From Candidatus Marinacidobacterales bacterium (GTDB lineage Bacteria; Acidobacteriota; Vicinamibacteria; Marinacidobacterales; DATDRI01), in NCBI GenBank assembly GCA_965219415.1, contig OZ244742.1, forward strand, positions 992,001-1,056,000: a stretch of 64,000 nt of DNA. Reading direction: 5' to 3'. Under the pieces are notes generated by a model, which searched no databases, was not told the DNA's origin, and worked only from the letters and a program-made list of their open reading frames with translations. Made by a program: the position numbers and the translations under genes. Below, one piece after another: positions 52,258-62,955 of the stretch (position 1 is its first letter; every line of letters starts with the position of its first letter).

Positions 52258-54416
52258 ATGAAGACTGATACAAGTGCCACCCGCTTGGTGAGCCGAACGC
52301 TACGGCCGCTGGGTGGTTAAATGGCGATGGCCGGTCCTAGTCACGGTCCTCGCACTCTCCTTCTTAGCCACCGCCGGTGCCCGTCGGCTGGGATTCATCG
52401 ACGAGTACCGCGTGTTCTTCGGTCCCGACAACCCGCAGCTGCTCGCCTTCGACGCGGTCGAGGCCATCTACACCAAGAACGACAACATCCTCATGATTCT
52501 GGAGCCGCCTGACGGCGAAGCCTTCACCAACCAAACGCTGGCCATCGTCGAAGAGATGACCGCTGAAGCCTGGAAGATCCCCTTCGCCATCCGCGTGGAC
52601 TCCCTTTCGAATTTCCAGCACTCCTGGGCCGAGGGCGACAATCTGATCGTAGAGGATCTCGTTCGAGACGCCGAGGCTCTCACACCGGAGGAACTATCGG
52701 CGAAACGGGAGATCGCACTGACCGAGCCGATGCTGTTGAATCGCATCGTTCCCAGCCGCACTCACGTCGTCGGACTCAACATCACCCTTCAGCTTCCCAG
52801 AAAGGAAACCGACGAGACCGCAAGGTCGGTCGCCTTCGCTCGCGAACTCGCGGCACGGGTCGAGGAGGAAAACCCCGGCTTCAAGACGCACATCACTGGG
52901 ATGGCGATGCTCAATAACGCCTTCCAGGAATCGGCGATGAAGGACATGGCAACACTCGTGCCGGCGATGTACCTCGTGATCACTCTCACGATCGTGCTTC
53001 TTCTCCGTTCGGTCTCAGCGACCATCACAAACTCTGGGCGTCATAGCACTTTCGGTCACCAGTGCCCTCGGACTCGCGGGTTGGGCCGGCCTCTCGTTGA
53101 CGCCTCCGTCGACGGCGGCGTTGACGATCATCATGACCCTCGCGGTGGCGGATGCCATTCACATCCTGGTGACGATGCTCAAAGAAATGCGCCACGGAGC
53201 GACCAAGCACCAAGCCGTCGTGGAGAGTCTTCGAGTCAACATGCAGCCGGTATTTCTTACCAGCCTGACGACGGCGATCGGTTTTCTCAGCATGAACTTC
53301 AGCGAGGTGCCGCCGTTCCACGATCTCGGGAACATCAGTGCGACGGGTGTCGCGGCGGCGTGGGTGCTATCGATAACCCTCCTCCCTGCCTTGATGGCGA
53401 TTCTTCCGGTAAAGGTGAAACTCCGCGCCGAACGCACCGCCTCTACGATGGACAAGGTGGCGGACTTCGTCGTCTCTCGACGCCGGCCCCTACTTTGGGG
53501 CGGTGGGCTCGTCGCTCTCCTCATGGCAGCTCTGCTTCCCCTCAACACGCTCAACGACCAATTCGTCAATTACTTCGACGAGTCCATGGCATTTCGCCAG
53601 GACTCTGACTTCGCCATGGAGCACTTGACGCGAGCTTGCCGCGCAATACCTACTCCTCTACGAGATGTCACTCCCCTATGGGCTGGACCTCAACAATCAG
53701 ATCAATGTCGATAAATCGGCTACCAAACTTTCGGTCACCGTCCAGAACATCACGTCGAGGAGCTCATCGGGCTTGTGGAGGCCGGGGAGACCTGGTTACG
53801 AGGCAACGCTCCGGAGCACATGTTCGCGCGCGGCGTCGGCCCCGGTGTGATGTTCTCCTACATCTCGAGCCGCAACGTGAAAAGCATGCTGGTGGGCACC
53901 CTCTTGGCGGCGGGGCTGATCGGGGGAACGTTGGTGCTGGCGCTGAGGAGCGTGAAGTACGGCCTCATGAGCTTCCTCCCCAACCTACTTCCCGCAGCGA
54001 TGGCGTTCGGTCTTTGGGGGCTGTTCGTGGGGCAGATCAACCTCGGACTCTCGATCGTCAGCGGCATGTGTCTCGGCATCGTCGTGGACGACACCGTGCA
54101 CTTCCTCAGCAAGTATCTTCGGGCGCGGCGCGAGAAAAAGCTCAGTTCCGAACAAGCCGTTCGTTACGCCTTCTCGACGGTCGGCACCGCCCTGGTCGTG
54201 ACCTCGATCATCTTGGCGGCCGGATTCTCAATCCTGGCCCAGTCCACTTTCAGCTTCAACGGAGATATGGGACGAATGTCGGCGCTCATCATCGCCATCG
54301 CCCTCGCGGCCGACTTGTTGCTCTTACCCCCGATGCTCATGCAAATCGATCGACCCAAAGACGCGCGAGCTTCCAATATGGAGGAATTGAACGATGAATA
54401 CCAAGCAGCCAGCTAA
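52258..54416 (+). pseudogene. MMPL/RND exporter with frameshifts and an internal deletion
   Basis: YRVFFGPDNPQL, LAVADAIH, LTSLTTAIGF, GIVVDDTVHF spread over several frames. Confidence 0.85.
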
Positions 54417-55248
54417 GAGCCGAACCCGTGCCGCAGCGCTCACAAGAGATGACTGGAGACCTTTCTTCTACCTCGTAGCGTTGGCATTGCTTATCGCCGC
54501 CTTTGCATCCAGTCTTTCCGCCACCAGTGCCGACGAAGAGCGCGGTCGCGAAATCGCACTCGAGTGGGACGAGCGCGACACCGGCTGGAGCGACCAGCGG
54601 AGCGAGATCCGGATGGTTCTCCGGAATCGACACGGCGAGGAGAGCACCCGTGAGCTTCGTAGTCGACTCCTCGAGGTCGATGGCGACGGCGACAAGCTGC
54701 TGGTAATCTTCGACCGGCCCCGGGACGTCAAGGGGACCGCCTTCCTTACCTACACCCATCGCACCGGCGCCGACGACCAATGGCTCTATCTTCCCGCACT
54801 GAAGCGCGTGAAGCGCATCTCGTCCAATAACAAGTCAGGGCCGTTCATGGGGAGCGAGTTCGCCTACGAAGACCTTGCCTCGCAAGAGGTGGATAAGTAC
54901 ACGTATCGCTACCTCCGAGAGGACAATGCAAATGACCGCGAGTGTTTCGTGGTCGAGCGCATTCCCGTCGACCAGAACTCGGGCTACACGCGCCACCTCG
55001 TTTGGTACGACAAAGACAAGTATCGGCCGGAGAAGGTCGAATTCTATGATCGGAAGGACGAACTCCTGAAGACACTCACCTACTCCAAGTACGTGCAATA
55101 CCTCGACCAGTACTGGCGGGCCGACGATCTCTTCATGGAAAACCACCAGACCGGAAAGAGCACGTTGCTGTCTTGGAGCCAGTACGAGTTCCGTACCGGC
55201 CTCTCCGACCGAGACTTCGACCGCAACACTCTCAAGCGAGCGAGGTAA
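54394..55248 (+). CDS. Outer-membrane lipoprotein-sorting (LolA-like) protein
   Basis: DVKGTAFL, DDQWLYLPALKRVKRISS, FMGSEFAYED. Confidence 0.9.
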   Translation: MNTKQPAKSRTRAAALTRDDWRPFFYLVALALLIAAFASSLSATSADEERGREIALEWDERDTGWSDQRSEIRMVLRNRHGEESTRELRSRLLEVDGDGDKLLVIFDRPRDVKGTAFLTYTHRTGADDQWLYLPALKRVKRISSNNKSGPFMGSEFAYEDLASQEVDKYTYRYLREDNANDRECFVVERIPVDQNSGYTRHLVWYDKDKYRPEKVEFYDRKDELLKTLTYSKYVQYLDQYWRADDLFMENHQTGKSTLLSWSQYEFRTGLSDRDFDRNTLKRAR

Positions 55249-55253
55249 GACCC

Positions 55254-56462
55254 ATGACACGCTTCCCGACGAGCAGCCTCATCCTTGGGACGGCGCTTGC
55301 GATGCTCACGCTGGCCGTCATACCGGCCGGCGCCGGCGAGTGGAACGGCAAGGTGTCGTTGGAAGGCCGGCTCTTTCCGCAGAGCGCGCTCAGCACAGAC
55401 TTGTCGGGAAGCAATTTGTCTCTCGCCTTCGAACCGGAGTGGTACCAGGAATGGCAAGACGGACGCCAGCTCTTCCTCTTCGTACCCTTCGTCCGCCTGG
55501 ATCAGAACGATCCACAACGCACGCACTGGGACATTCGAGAGCTTACCTGGCAACTGAACGCCCGCGATTGGGAGCTCCGGGCCGGTGTTCGTCGCGTGTT
55601 TTGGGGAGTGACGGAGTCGAACCATCTCGTCGACATCATCAACCAAACCGACTTGACCGAGAACATCGACGGCGAGGCCAAGCTCGGCCAACCAATGGTG
55701 AATTTCGCCCTGATTCGCTCCTGGGGAACCATCGACTTTTTCACCTTACTCGGCTTTCGCGAACGGAGATTCTTCGGAAGCGATAGCCGGCCTGGCCTAG
55801 CGTTTCCGGTTGACACAGAGAAATCCGTCTACGAGTCGGGTGCCGGCCGGGGCCATATCGACTGGGCGGCCCGCTGGTCCCACGCGCTCGGCCCGTGGGA
55901 CCTAGGCATTTCCCACTTTCACGGTACTAGCCGCGATCCCCGCTTCCTGCCGGAAGTCCGAGAAAACGAGACCGTTCTCGTCCGGACCTACGATCTCATC
56001 GATCAGACCGGACTGGATCTGCAAATGACCCAGGGGGGTTGGCTGTGGAAGGTCGAAGCCATCAACCGCTACGGACAGGGGGATCGGTTCTACGCATTCA
56101 CCGGAGGTTTCGAGTACACCTTCGTCAACGTGAAAAGCACCGGGCTCGACGTCGGTGTTCTGGCTGAATACTCCTTCGACGAGCGAGGTAAGTTGGCGCT
56201 CACACCATTCGACGATGACATCTTCTTCGGAGCGCGCCTCGCCTTCAACGACGTGCAGAGCACTCAGATTCTCACCGGAGCGACGGTCGACCGAGATACC
56301 GGAGCGAGCTTCATCAACGTCGAGGCTAGCCGGCGCTTTGGGGACAGCTGGACGCTGGACTTCGAAGCAAGGACGTTCGTCGGCGTCCCGCGCGAAGACA
56401 TCTTTCTCCACGGAATTCGCAAGGACAGCTATATACAACTCAACTGGTCGTGGCATTTTTGA
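55254..56462 (+). CDS. Outer-membrane beta-barrel protein (DUF1302-like)
   Basis: Signal peptide; FWGVTESNHLVDIINQ; alternating strands; C-terminal Phe. Confidence 0.8.
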   Translation: MTRFPTSSLILGTALAMLTLAVIPAGAGEWNGKVSLEGRLFPQSALSTDLSGSNLSLAFEPEWYQEWQDGRQLFLFVPFVRLDQNDPQRTHWDIRELTWQLNARDWELRAGVRRVFWGVTESNHLVDIINQTDLTENIDGEAKLGQPMVNFALIRSWGTIDFFTLLGFRERRFFGSDSRPGLAFPVDTEKSVYESGAGRGHIDWAARWSHALGPWDLGISHFHGTSRDPRFLPEVRENETVLVRTYDLIDQTGLDLQMTQGGWLWKVEAINRYGQGDRFYAFTGGFEYTFVNVKSTGLDVGVLAEYSFDERGKLALTPFDDDIFFGARLAFNDVQSTQILTGATVDRDTGASFINVEASRRFGDSWTLDFEARTFVGVPREDIFLHGIRKDSYIQLNWSWHF

Positions 56463-56506
56463 GAACCGAGCCCCAAGCGGGTATGCTCCCATCGCAACAG
56501 AGGAAA

Positions 56507-57040
56507 TCATGAGCTTGCCCGTGAAGGCCAAACGCGGCACGTCGACTCCTTTTGGCCTCTCAGGAGCCTTTTCGATCTGACAACAGGCTCCTGCCCTCCA
56601 GCGAGTAGGCCACCAGGTCGGCGACGCCGTCGCCGTTCAGGTCGGTTAACGACTGCAGAATCTTCCCCCAAATCCGTAGTGCAATGCCAGACTTCCATTC
56701 CGTAGTTGTAATTACTCTCGAGGTCCATCGCCGGCCAAGAGCAGATGGCACAGGTTTCGCAGCAATCTGCTACGTCCTGGATAATCCCCGCCAAACCTTC
56801 TTCGTAGTCTTTGTCACGAATCTCTTCCTCCCGGCCGAAGGCGTAGAAGGGACGGAAATCATCAAGCGACCAATCTCTCCAGTCTTGCTCAATCAGGCGC
56901 CCCAGCGCCGATGCCGTTTCATCCACGTTCATGCAGCGCACGTCATCACCCGGGGCGTAACCGACGGTAAACGCGACGGCACAGAGAGCGACACCTGCCG
57001 CCGTGTCATAGATAACTTCGCATCGTGACAACTCCTCCAA
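56507..57040 (-). pseudogene. Mosaic of gene fragments, including an FG-GAP-like DLNGDGVADLV piece
   Basis: ORFs 56507-57040 and 56560-56751. Confidence 0.35.
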
Positions 57041-57301
57041 GACCGACTTCCTAAACGTCTTCCCCTACATACGTGTGGGTTAGCATGCGGAGGTTCCCTC
57101 ATCGCAAGCGTGAACGGCCATGGATTTGCCCCGCAGCCTAACGGCGTGTGAGACCTATCCCGCTTACAGACGACTGCAACTTGGGGCGGTCGCAACCGTC
57201 ACCGGGATCCGCAGCTCCCTCCCCAGAAGCCTGCTTTTCAATTAAGTTGACACAATTCTCTCCCACCCAACACGCGACACGCGAAGCCACGGAGGGTCGC
57301 C

Positions 57302-57837
57302 ATGAAACCGCTATTGTTTGCTTGTACCTGTCTTTTCCTGGCCCGTTGGTCTGGCGAACGCCCAGGCCAGCTCGCCAAGAAAGAAAAAGAGCGCCGGGAG
57401 AAGGCCGACAAGGACGGACCGGTCCGAGTCATCACCGACGAGGATTTGGGAACCGACTCCCCCGAGCCAGAAGACGAAGCCGAGGATATTGAAACGGCAA
57501 CGCCCAGGAAAACGGAATCGTCGGTAGAAGTTTCCGTCCCATCGTCACGAGAACGCATGGCCGGCGACCCATGAAACGAGGTCTTTGCCGGGTTCCGGGA
57601 GGCCTACTGCGAGGCGAGCGAGGCCTTGGAGTTCATGCGTGGTTTTCAAAGACATTGCGAAGAGGGGACCGACCCGCCCCCTCTACCCCGATTGCTGGTG
57701 GCTATTGGATGTTGAACTGCGAAAGGGTACCGGCAGCCATCGACGAGATAAACAACGAGATGAAACAGATTCAGGAGAACTGCTTCGACCAGGCGCGCCG
57801 CACGGGAGTCCTACCAGGGCGAGCGAGATTGAACTAA
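57302..57837 (+). pseudogene. Frameshifted secreted hypothetical protein
   Basis: GGAGG RBS; QLAKKEKERR..RVITDEDL; C-terminus ARRTGVLPG in another frame. Confidence 0.45.
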
Positions 57838-57912
57838 GCGAAGGTCACCGATAGGCCACAAACGGCGTTTCACTCCGCGGTCACCCGCTTCGCCTGAATC
57901 CATTCGTTCGCC
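57818..57912 (-). other. Degenerate attC-like site
   Basis: Minus strand GGCGAAC-gaatg-GATTCAGGCGAAG ... CTTCGCTTAGTT-caatctc-GCTCGCC. Confidence 0.4.
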
Positions 57913-58387
57913 ACGCTGCGAAAGATTCCAGCGACCGTTGATTGGGCCACAATTGCGCCATGAAAATCCCCGCGACGTTCTCGTCCGGATCGACCCAAAA
58001 CGCGTAAATCTGAAGCTAATCCCGAAGGCCCAGCCCTTCGGTTTCCGCGAGGTGCTTCCTAGTGGGAGGTACGAAGCGTTTCCACGCGGTGCCGGCAGAA
58101 CGTCGCTGGAGAGAGCGACTAGAGCTCGCATTCTAACGGATGGAGCTTTCTTCATGGATGACACTGGCGACTTCTTCGAACGGGTCGAGAACCACTACGT
58201 CTTCGAAATCGCCGTCTCGATCCCGATCGTATTCAATACGGGACCGCCGATTCCGATCATAAAGAATTCTCTTGTCTACAACACCGTCGTTTCGAAATGA
58301 AATGCGGCGTTCCTTGAAGGATCCGTTCTCATACAAAAGCCAATCGTCGATCTGGCCATCGAAATCGAGATCCGAGGTATCTTCGCG

Positions 58388-58621
58388 TTCGATACCGTTC
58401 GACTCCGGCAGCGAGTGACCAAAGGCGCTGGGTCTCGATCGAAAGCCCTTCTCATGGCTTACAAGCTACTCGACATGGCAAGCCACCGCTGGCGTCGCGT
58501 CAACGCGCCGGGACTCGTAGCTCGTCTTATTCTGGGAGAGAAATTCGTCGACGGACTAAACGAAGAAGCGTGGAACGCCGCCTGACTCAGAAAAGTGATC
58601 CACAACTCTTGACAATATCTC
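58388..58621 (+). mobile_element. IS256-family remnant: transposase C-terminus and right end
   Basis: FDTVRLRQRVTKGAGSRSKALLMAYKLL..WRRVNAP*, then ATCCACAACTCTTGACAATATCTC. Confidence 0.8.
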
Positions 58622-58652
58622 AGGGACACCAATTAACTCCAAAATGGATCAG

Positions 58653-59911
58653 TGAAGTGACCCCGCTTTCGTGGACAGGTTAAGAGTTAGGGATCAAGCG
58701 TCGCGATAGTACCTCCTTTCGAATTGGATAGGCGAGCAATAGTCGATGGCGGAGTGTCGTCGTCGCGGGTTGTACCAGCCTTCGATGAAATCGAAGGTCG
58801 CCATGCGCGCCTCAGCGTGGTAGCGAAACGACCGGCGCTCGATCAGCTCGCACTCGAGCGTCGCGAAGAAGCTCTCGCACATCGCATTGTCGTAACAGTC
58901 CCCGACTGAACCCATCGACGGTCGCACCCCGGCCTCCCGGCATCGCTGGCCGAACGCTAGTGACGTGTACTGCGTGCCCTGGTCCGAGTGATGGATGACG
59001 TCGCCGGGCTTGCGTTGGAACAGCGCCATGTCGAGGGCGCTCAAGACGAGCGACGTCCGCAGGTGGGTAGCCATTGCCCATCCGACGATGCGTCGGCTGA
59101 AGGCGTCCAGCACGACGGCGAGGAACAAGAAGCCCGACCACGTGGGCACGTAGGTGATATCGGCGACCCACAGGCGGTCGGGCCGGTCCACCTCGAAATT
59201 CCTGTCGACGAGATCGGGGGCGGGACGGGCGTCGTCACAGCGAATCGTAGTGTGCGCCCTCTTGCGCCGGTGAACACCTTGAATGCCAGCCTCGCGCATT
59301 AGCCGCGCTACAACGCTTGCGTGAGACGTGGAGCTCGTGTGTCTCTCGTAGCTCGTGGAGAATCCTCGGCGCGCCGTACGTGCTCCGCGACGCGGTGTGA
59401 ATCGCCCGGATCTTCTCAAGCAACTCCGCATCCGACACCGCGCGGGCCGACGGGGCACGCTCAAGCCACGCATAGTAGCCGCTGGCGGAGACGTCCAGCA
59501 GTCGGCACATCGTGGCAACCGGTAGTGAATCCTGGTTCGCCCTCACGAATCGGAAGGCTTCGGTGGTACCGACTCGGTCTCCCGAGCGAACCAGGCCGCG
59601 GCTTTTGAGAGGATCTCCCGCTCCAACCGTAGTTGACGGTTCTCCCGTCGCAGGCGGCGGAGCTCCGCACGCTCCTCACTCGTCAGACCGTCCTGCCTGC
59701 GACCCTCGTCGAGATCCGCCTGGTTCACCCAGTTCCGGATCGTCTGGCCCGAGGGCTCAAACTCTCGCGCCAGCTCTTCGGAGCCGCGGCCAGCTCGCAC
59801 CAGCTCTACCATTTGGCGCCGGAATTCGGCCGCGTATCTGTTTCCCTGCTTTGACATCGTGGACTCCTGTCTCCCAAAGGATTAGGTGTCCACGAAAGCG
59901 GGTCAAGTCCA
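58653..59911 (-). mobile_element. IS3-family element, copy 1 (orfA 59543-59857; orfB 58694-59546 with a +1 indel near 59312)
   Basis: TG...CA ends with inverted repeats containing ACCC(C)GCTTTCGTGGACA; DDE motifs WVADITY, HHSDQG, CESFF. Confidence 0.96.
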
Positions 59912-59946
59912 AGATCTAGGTTGGGGAACCGTCGGACCATAGGCCC

Positions 59947-60051
59947 GCATAACCAATCGCTGAAGCAGACGGTCGGCCCGACCGTCCCCTCATACGAAAC
60001 CACCTATACTTCGATCTACGTAGCCGACCGCTGCGTAGGTTCTAGTTCGCC
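59947..60051 (+). other. Integron attC site in the inverted segment
   Basis: GCATAAC..GCTGAAGCAGACGGTCGG ... CCGACCGCTGCGTAG..GTTCGCC; close paralogue of the attC at 62623-62728. Confidence 0.8.
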
Positions 60052-60238
60052 GGACAGGGCGCAGGACTGATGCGTAGTCGCAGACCCGACGAGCGAAGGG
60101 ATCTGGAGAGCCCGGCGGATGTCATGCCGGAGCCTGCCCATCGGTCTCCAAACTGTCCGAAAGTTGTCCAAAAACTTCCTACAACCCTCTACAATTCTCC
60201 CCAAATCGTGAACCCCGCAGCCGGTCTAACCCTCTGAT

Positions 60239-61496
60239 TGGACTTGACCCGCTTTCGTGGACACCTAATCCTTTGGGAGACAGGAGTCCACGATGTCAAA
60301 GCAGGGAAACAGATACGCGGCCGAGTTCCGGCGCCAAATGGTAGAGCTGGTGCGAGCTGGCCGCGGCTCCGAAGAGCTGGCGCGAGAGTTTGAGCCCTCG
60401 GGCCAGACGATCCGGAACTGGGTGAACCAGGCGGATCTCGACGAGGGTCGCAGGCAGGACGGTCTGACGAGTGAGGAGCGTGCGGAGCTCCGCCGCCTGC
60501 GACGGGAGAACCGTCAACTACGGTTGGAGCGGGAGATCCTCTCAAAAGCCGCGGCCTGGTTCGCTCGGGAGACCGAGTCGGTACCACCGAAGCCTTCCGA
60601 TTCGTGAGGGCGAACCAGGATTCACTACCGGTTGCCACGATGTGCCGACTGCTGGACGTCTCCGCCAGCGGCTACTATGCGTGGCTTGAGCGTGCCCCGT
60701 CGGCCCGCGCGGTGTCGGATGCGGAGTTGCTTGAGAAGATCCGGGCGATTCACACCGCGTCGCGGAGCACGTACGGCGCGCCGAGGATCCTCCACGAGCT
60801 ACGAGAGACACACGAGCTCCACGTCTCACGCAAGCGTGTAGCGCGGCTGATGCGCGAGGCTGGCATTCAAGGTGTTCACCGGCGCAAGAGGGCGCACACT
60901 ACGATTCGCTGTGACGACGCCCGTCCCGCCCCCGATCTCGTCGACAGGAATTTCGAGGTGGACCGGCCCGACCGCCTGTGGGTCGCCGATATCACCTACG
61001 TGCCCACGTGGTCGGGCTTCTTGTTCCTCGCCGTCGTGCTGGACGCCTTCAGCCGACGCATCGTCGGATGGGCAATGGCTACCCACCTGCGGACGTCGCT
61101 CGTCTTGAGCGCCCTCGACATGGCGCTGTTCCAACGCAAGCCCGGCGACGTCATCCATCACTCGGACCAGGGCACGCAGTACACGTCACTAGCGTTCGGC
61201 CAGCGATGCCGGGAGGCCGGGGTGCGACCGTCGATGGGTTCAGTCGGGGACTGTTACGACAATGCGATGTGCGAGAGCTTCTTCGCGACGCTCGAGTGCG
61301 AGCTGATCGAGCGCCGGTCGTTTCGCTACCACGCTGAGGCGCGCATGGCGACCTTCGATTTCATCGAAGGCTGGTACAACCCGCGACGACGACACTCCGC
61401 CATCGACTATTGCTCGCCTATCCAATTCGAAAGGAGGTACTATCGCGACGCTTGATCCCTAACTCTTAACCTGTCCACGAAAGCGGGGTCACTTCA
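60239..61496 (+). mobile_element. IS3-family element, copy 2, intact (orfA 60293-60607, orfB 60604-61455)
   Basis: Near-identical inverted copy of 58653-59911; GTGA overlap; A-AAA-G motif near 60545. Confidence 0.97.
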
Positions 61497-61989
61497 ATCT
61501 AGAATCTCTTCGCCACCTGGATCAAAGTCCAGAGTGAATACGCAACCCCCGCTGTGCAACAGCTCGAACCGGAAGTCGTCTCCAATAGTCATACTGCTGA
61601 AGACAATCAGAATGCAGGCCCCGAACCTGGATGATTCGTCGGTCCTCCGAGAGGTAACCGATGTACTGCCGAATCGGATACTCGTCGGCCTTCGCGCCCA
61701 GTCGACGTTCGACCAAAAGTCGACCCAAAGCGATATCGGATCCGTCCGGTTCCCAATACGGACCTCTGGGCAGGATAGACATCAAGAAATCCGCACGGCC
61801 CGCCGCGAGGCTGTCAGCGCGAAACACCACGGTGTGTGCATCAATGACACGCACGGTATCCCGCTGACCGGGCTCCAAATCCTGGGCCGTCCCTTCTGGC
61901 TCGGCCGTTTTCGGCGGAGCCAAGGCGTCGGTGCAACCGCAATAGAAGAGACCTATCATCAATGCGAACACAGCCGCCGGTCGACTCAC
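61497..61989 (-). pseudogene. Cassette gene (lipoprotein-like), frameshifted and IS-interrupted; its C-terminus lies at 59912-59942
   Basis: Starts just after the attC at 62000; alternative frame GGCVFTLDFDPGGEEILD continues as LGWGTVGP* in the inverted segment. Confidence 0.7.
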
Positions 61990-61999
61990 ATCTCACTCC

Positions 62000-62094
62000 G
62001 CATAACGAAAAAGCTCAGCGGCGAGCTGCGCTCGAAATAAGAACAGCCATTCGAAACACCCATCGCCGCTCGTCCGTTGCAGCGCTTGTTATGC
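62000..62094 (-). other. Integron attC site
   Basis: Minus strand GCATAAC-aagc-GCTGCAACGGACGAGCGGCG ... GCTCGCCGCTGAGC-tttttc-GTTATGC; the stop codon of the upstream ORF lies inside R''. Confidence 0.88.
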
Positions 62095-62610
62095 GCCGCC
62101 AAGTAGGAGCGCTGCCACCCCGATGACGAATACTGCGGCCGAAGCCCCTGTAGCGAGGAGCAGCGCTCTCTTCCACCGAGCCATGGTAAAACCAAAGTAA
62201 TCAGACAGTCGCCTTCCAAAAAGCAGGACCAAGATGACAAGACTAAAGCCGCCCCTGCCTATCGATCGGGCAAACTGGAGAACGATCTGGTCGGGGGATA
62301 CGTCCGCGAGCGACGTGAGCGATGCCAGCACAAAGATGTGATTCAGCACCAGGTAAGAATAGTAGCCGGCAATGAGCCACCAACCCCACTTTCGAGCCTT
62401 CCAAAGGCCAACAGTTCCGGCTGCTATGGCGAGGGCCATGAAGAGCGATCCCAATCGTGAAAGGAGGGGCGTAACTCCGAAGGCACTGGACACACCAGAG
62501 GACCAGCCGATCACGACGCCGCCGATTAGAAGAACGGCGACACCGACGGCGTGAATCACGGTCAGGAACGTAATCAGGCCAGGGCGGTAGTGGCTGGGCT
62601 GGTCAGTCAT
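62089..62610 (-). CDS. Cassette-borne multi-TM hypothetical membrane protein
   Basis: ORF fills the space between two attC sites. Confidence 0.75.
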   Translation of the reverse strand: MTDQPSHYRPGLITFLTVIHAVGVAVLLIGGVVIGWSSGVSSAFGVTPLLSRLGSLFMALAIAAGTVGLWKARKWGWWLIAGYYSYLVLNHIFVLASLTSLADVSPDQIVLQFARSIGRGGFSLVILVLLFGRRLSDYFGFTMARWKRALLLATGASAAVFVIGVAALLLGGA

Positions 62611-62622
62611 AAGGTCTGAGGC

Positions 62623-62728
62623 GTATAACGAAAAGCTAAGCAGCGGTCGGCTACGTAGATCGAAGTATAGCTGGTTTCCTATGAGGGTACGGTCGGGCCG
62701 ACCGTCTGCTGCAGCGTGTGTTTTATGC
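62623..62728 (-). other. Integron attC site
   Basis: Minus strand GCATAAAAC..GCTGCAGCAGACGGTCGG ... CCGACCGCTGCTTAGC-ttttc-GTTATAC. Confidence 0.8.
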
Positions 62729-62843
62729 CACTTAGCATCTGAAGCGGCACCTTCATTTCCACGCTACCCTCCGTCTCTCCCATGGCACGCTCCTCGATAA
62801 TCAGAGTGTCATCTTGGACCCATGCCTTGCGCTGCACAAAGCG

Positions 62844-62955
62844 GAGATATTGTCAAGAGTTGTGGATCACTTTTCTGAGTCAGGCGGCGTTCCACGCTTC
62901 TTCGTTTAGTCCGTCGACGAATTTCTCTCCCAGAATAAGACGAGCTACGAGTCCC
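62844..62955 (-). mobile_element. IS256-family right-end remnant, inverted copy of 58510-58621
   Basis: 112-bp reverse-complement match. Confidence 0.85.

Noticed and set aside
57136-57142. Isolated GCCTAAC/GTTAGGC core site
   Set aside because: No partner box or paired arms found; could be a cassette boundary but cannot be supported
60224-60238. GTCTAAC as the start of another attC
   Set aside because: The restored continuation across the IS does not form attC arms
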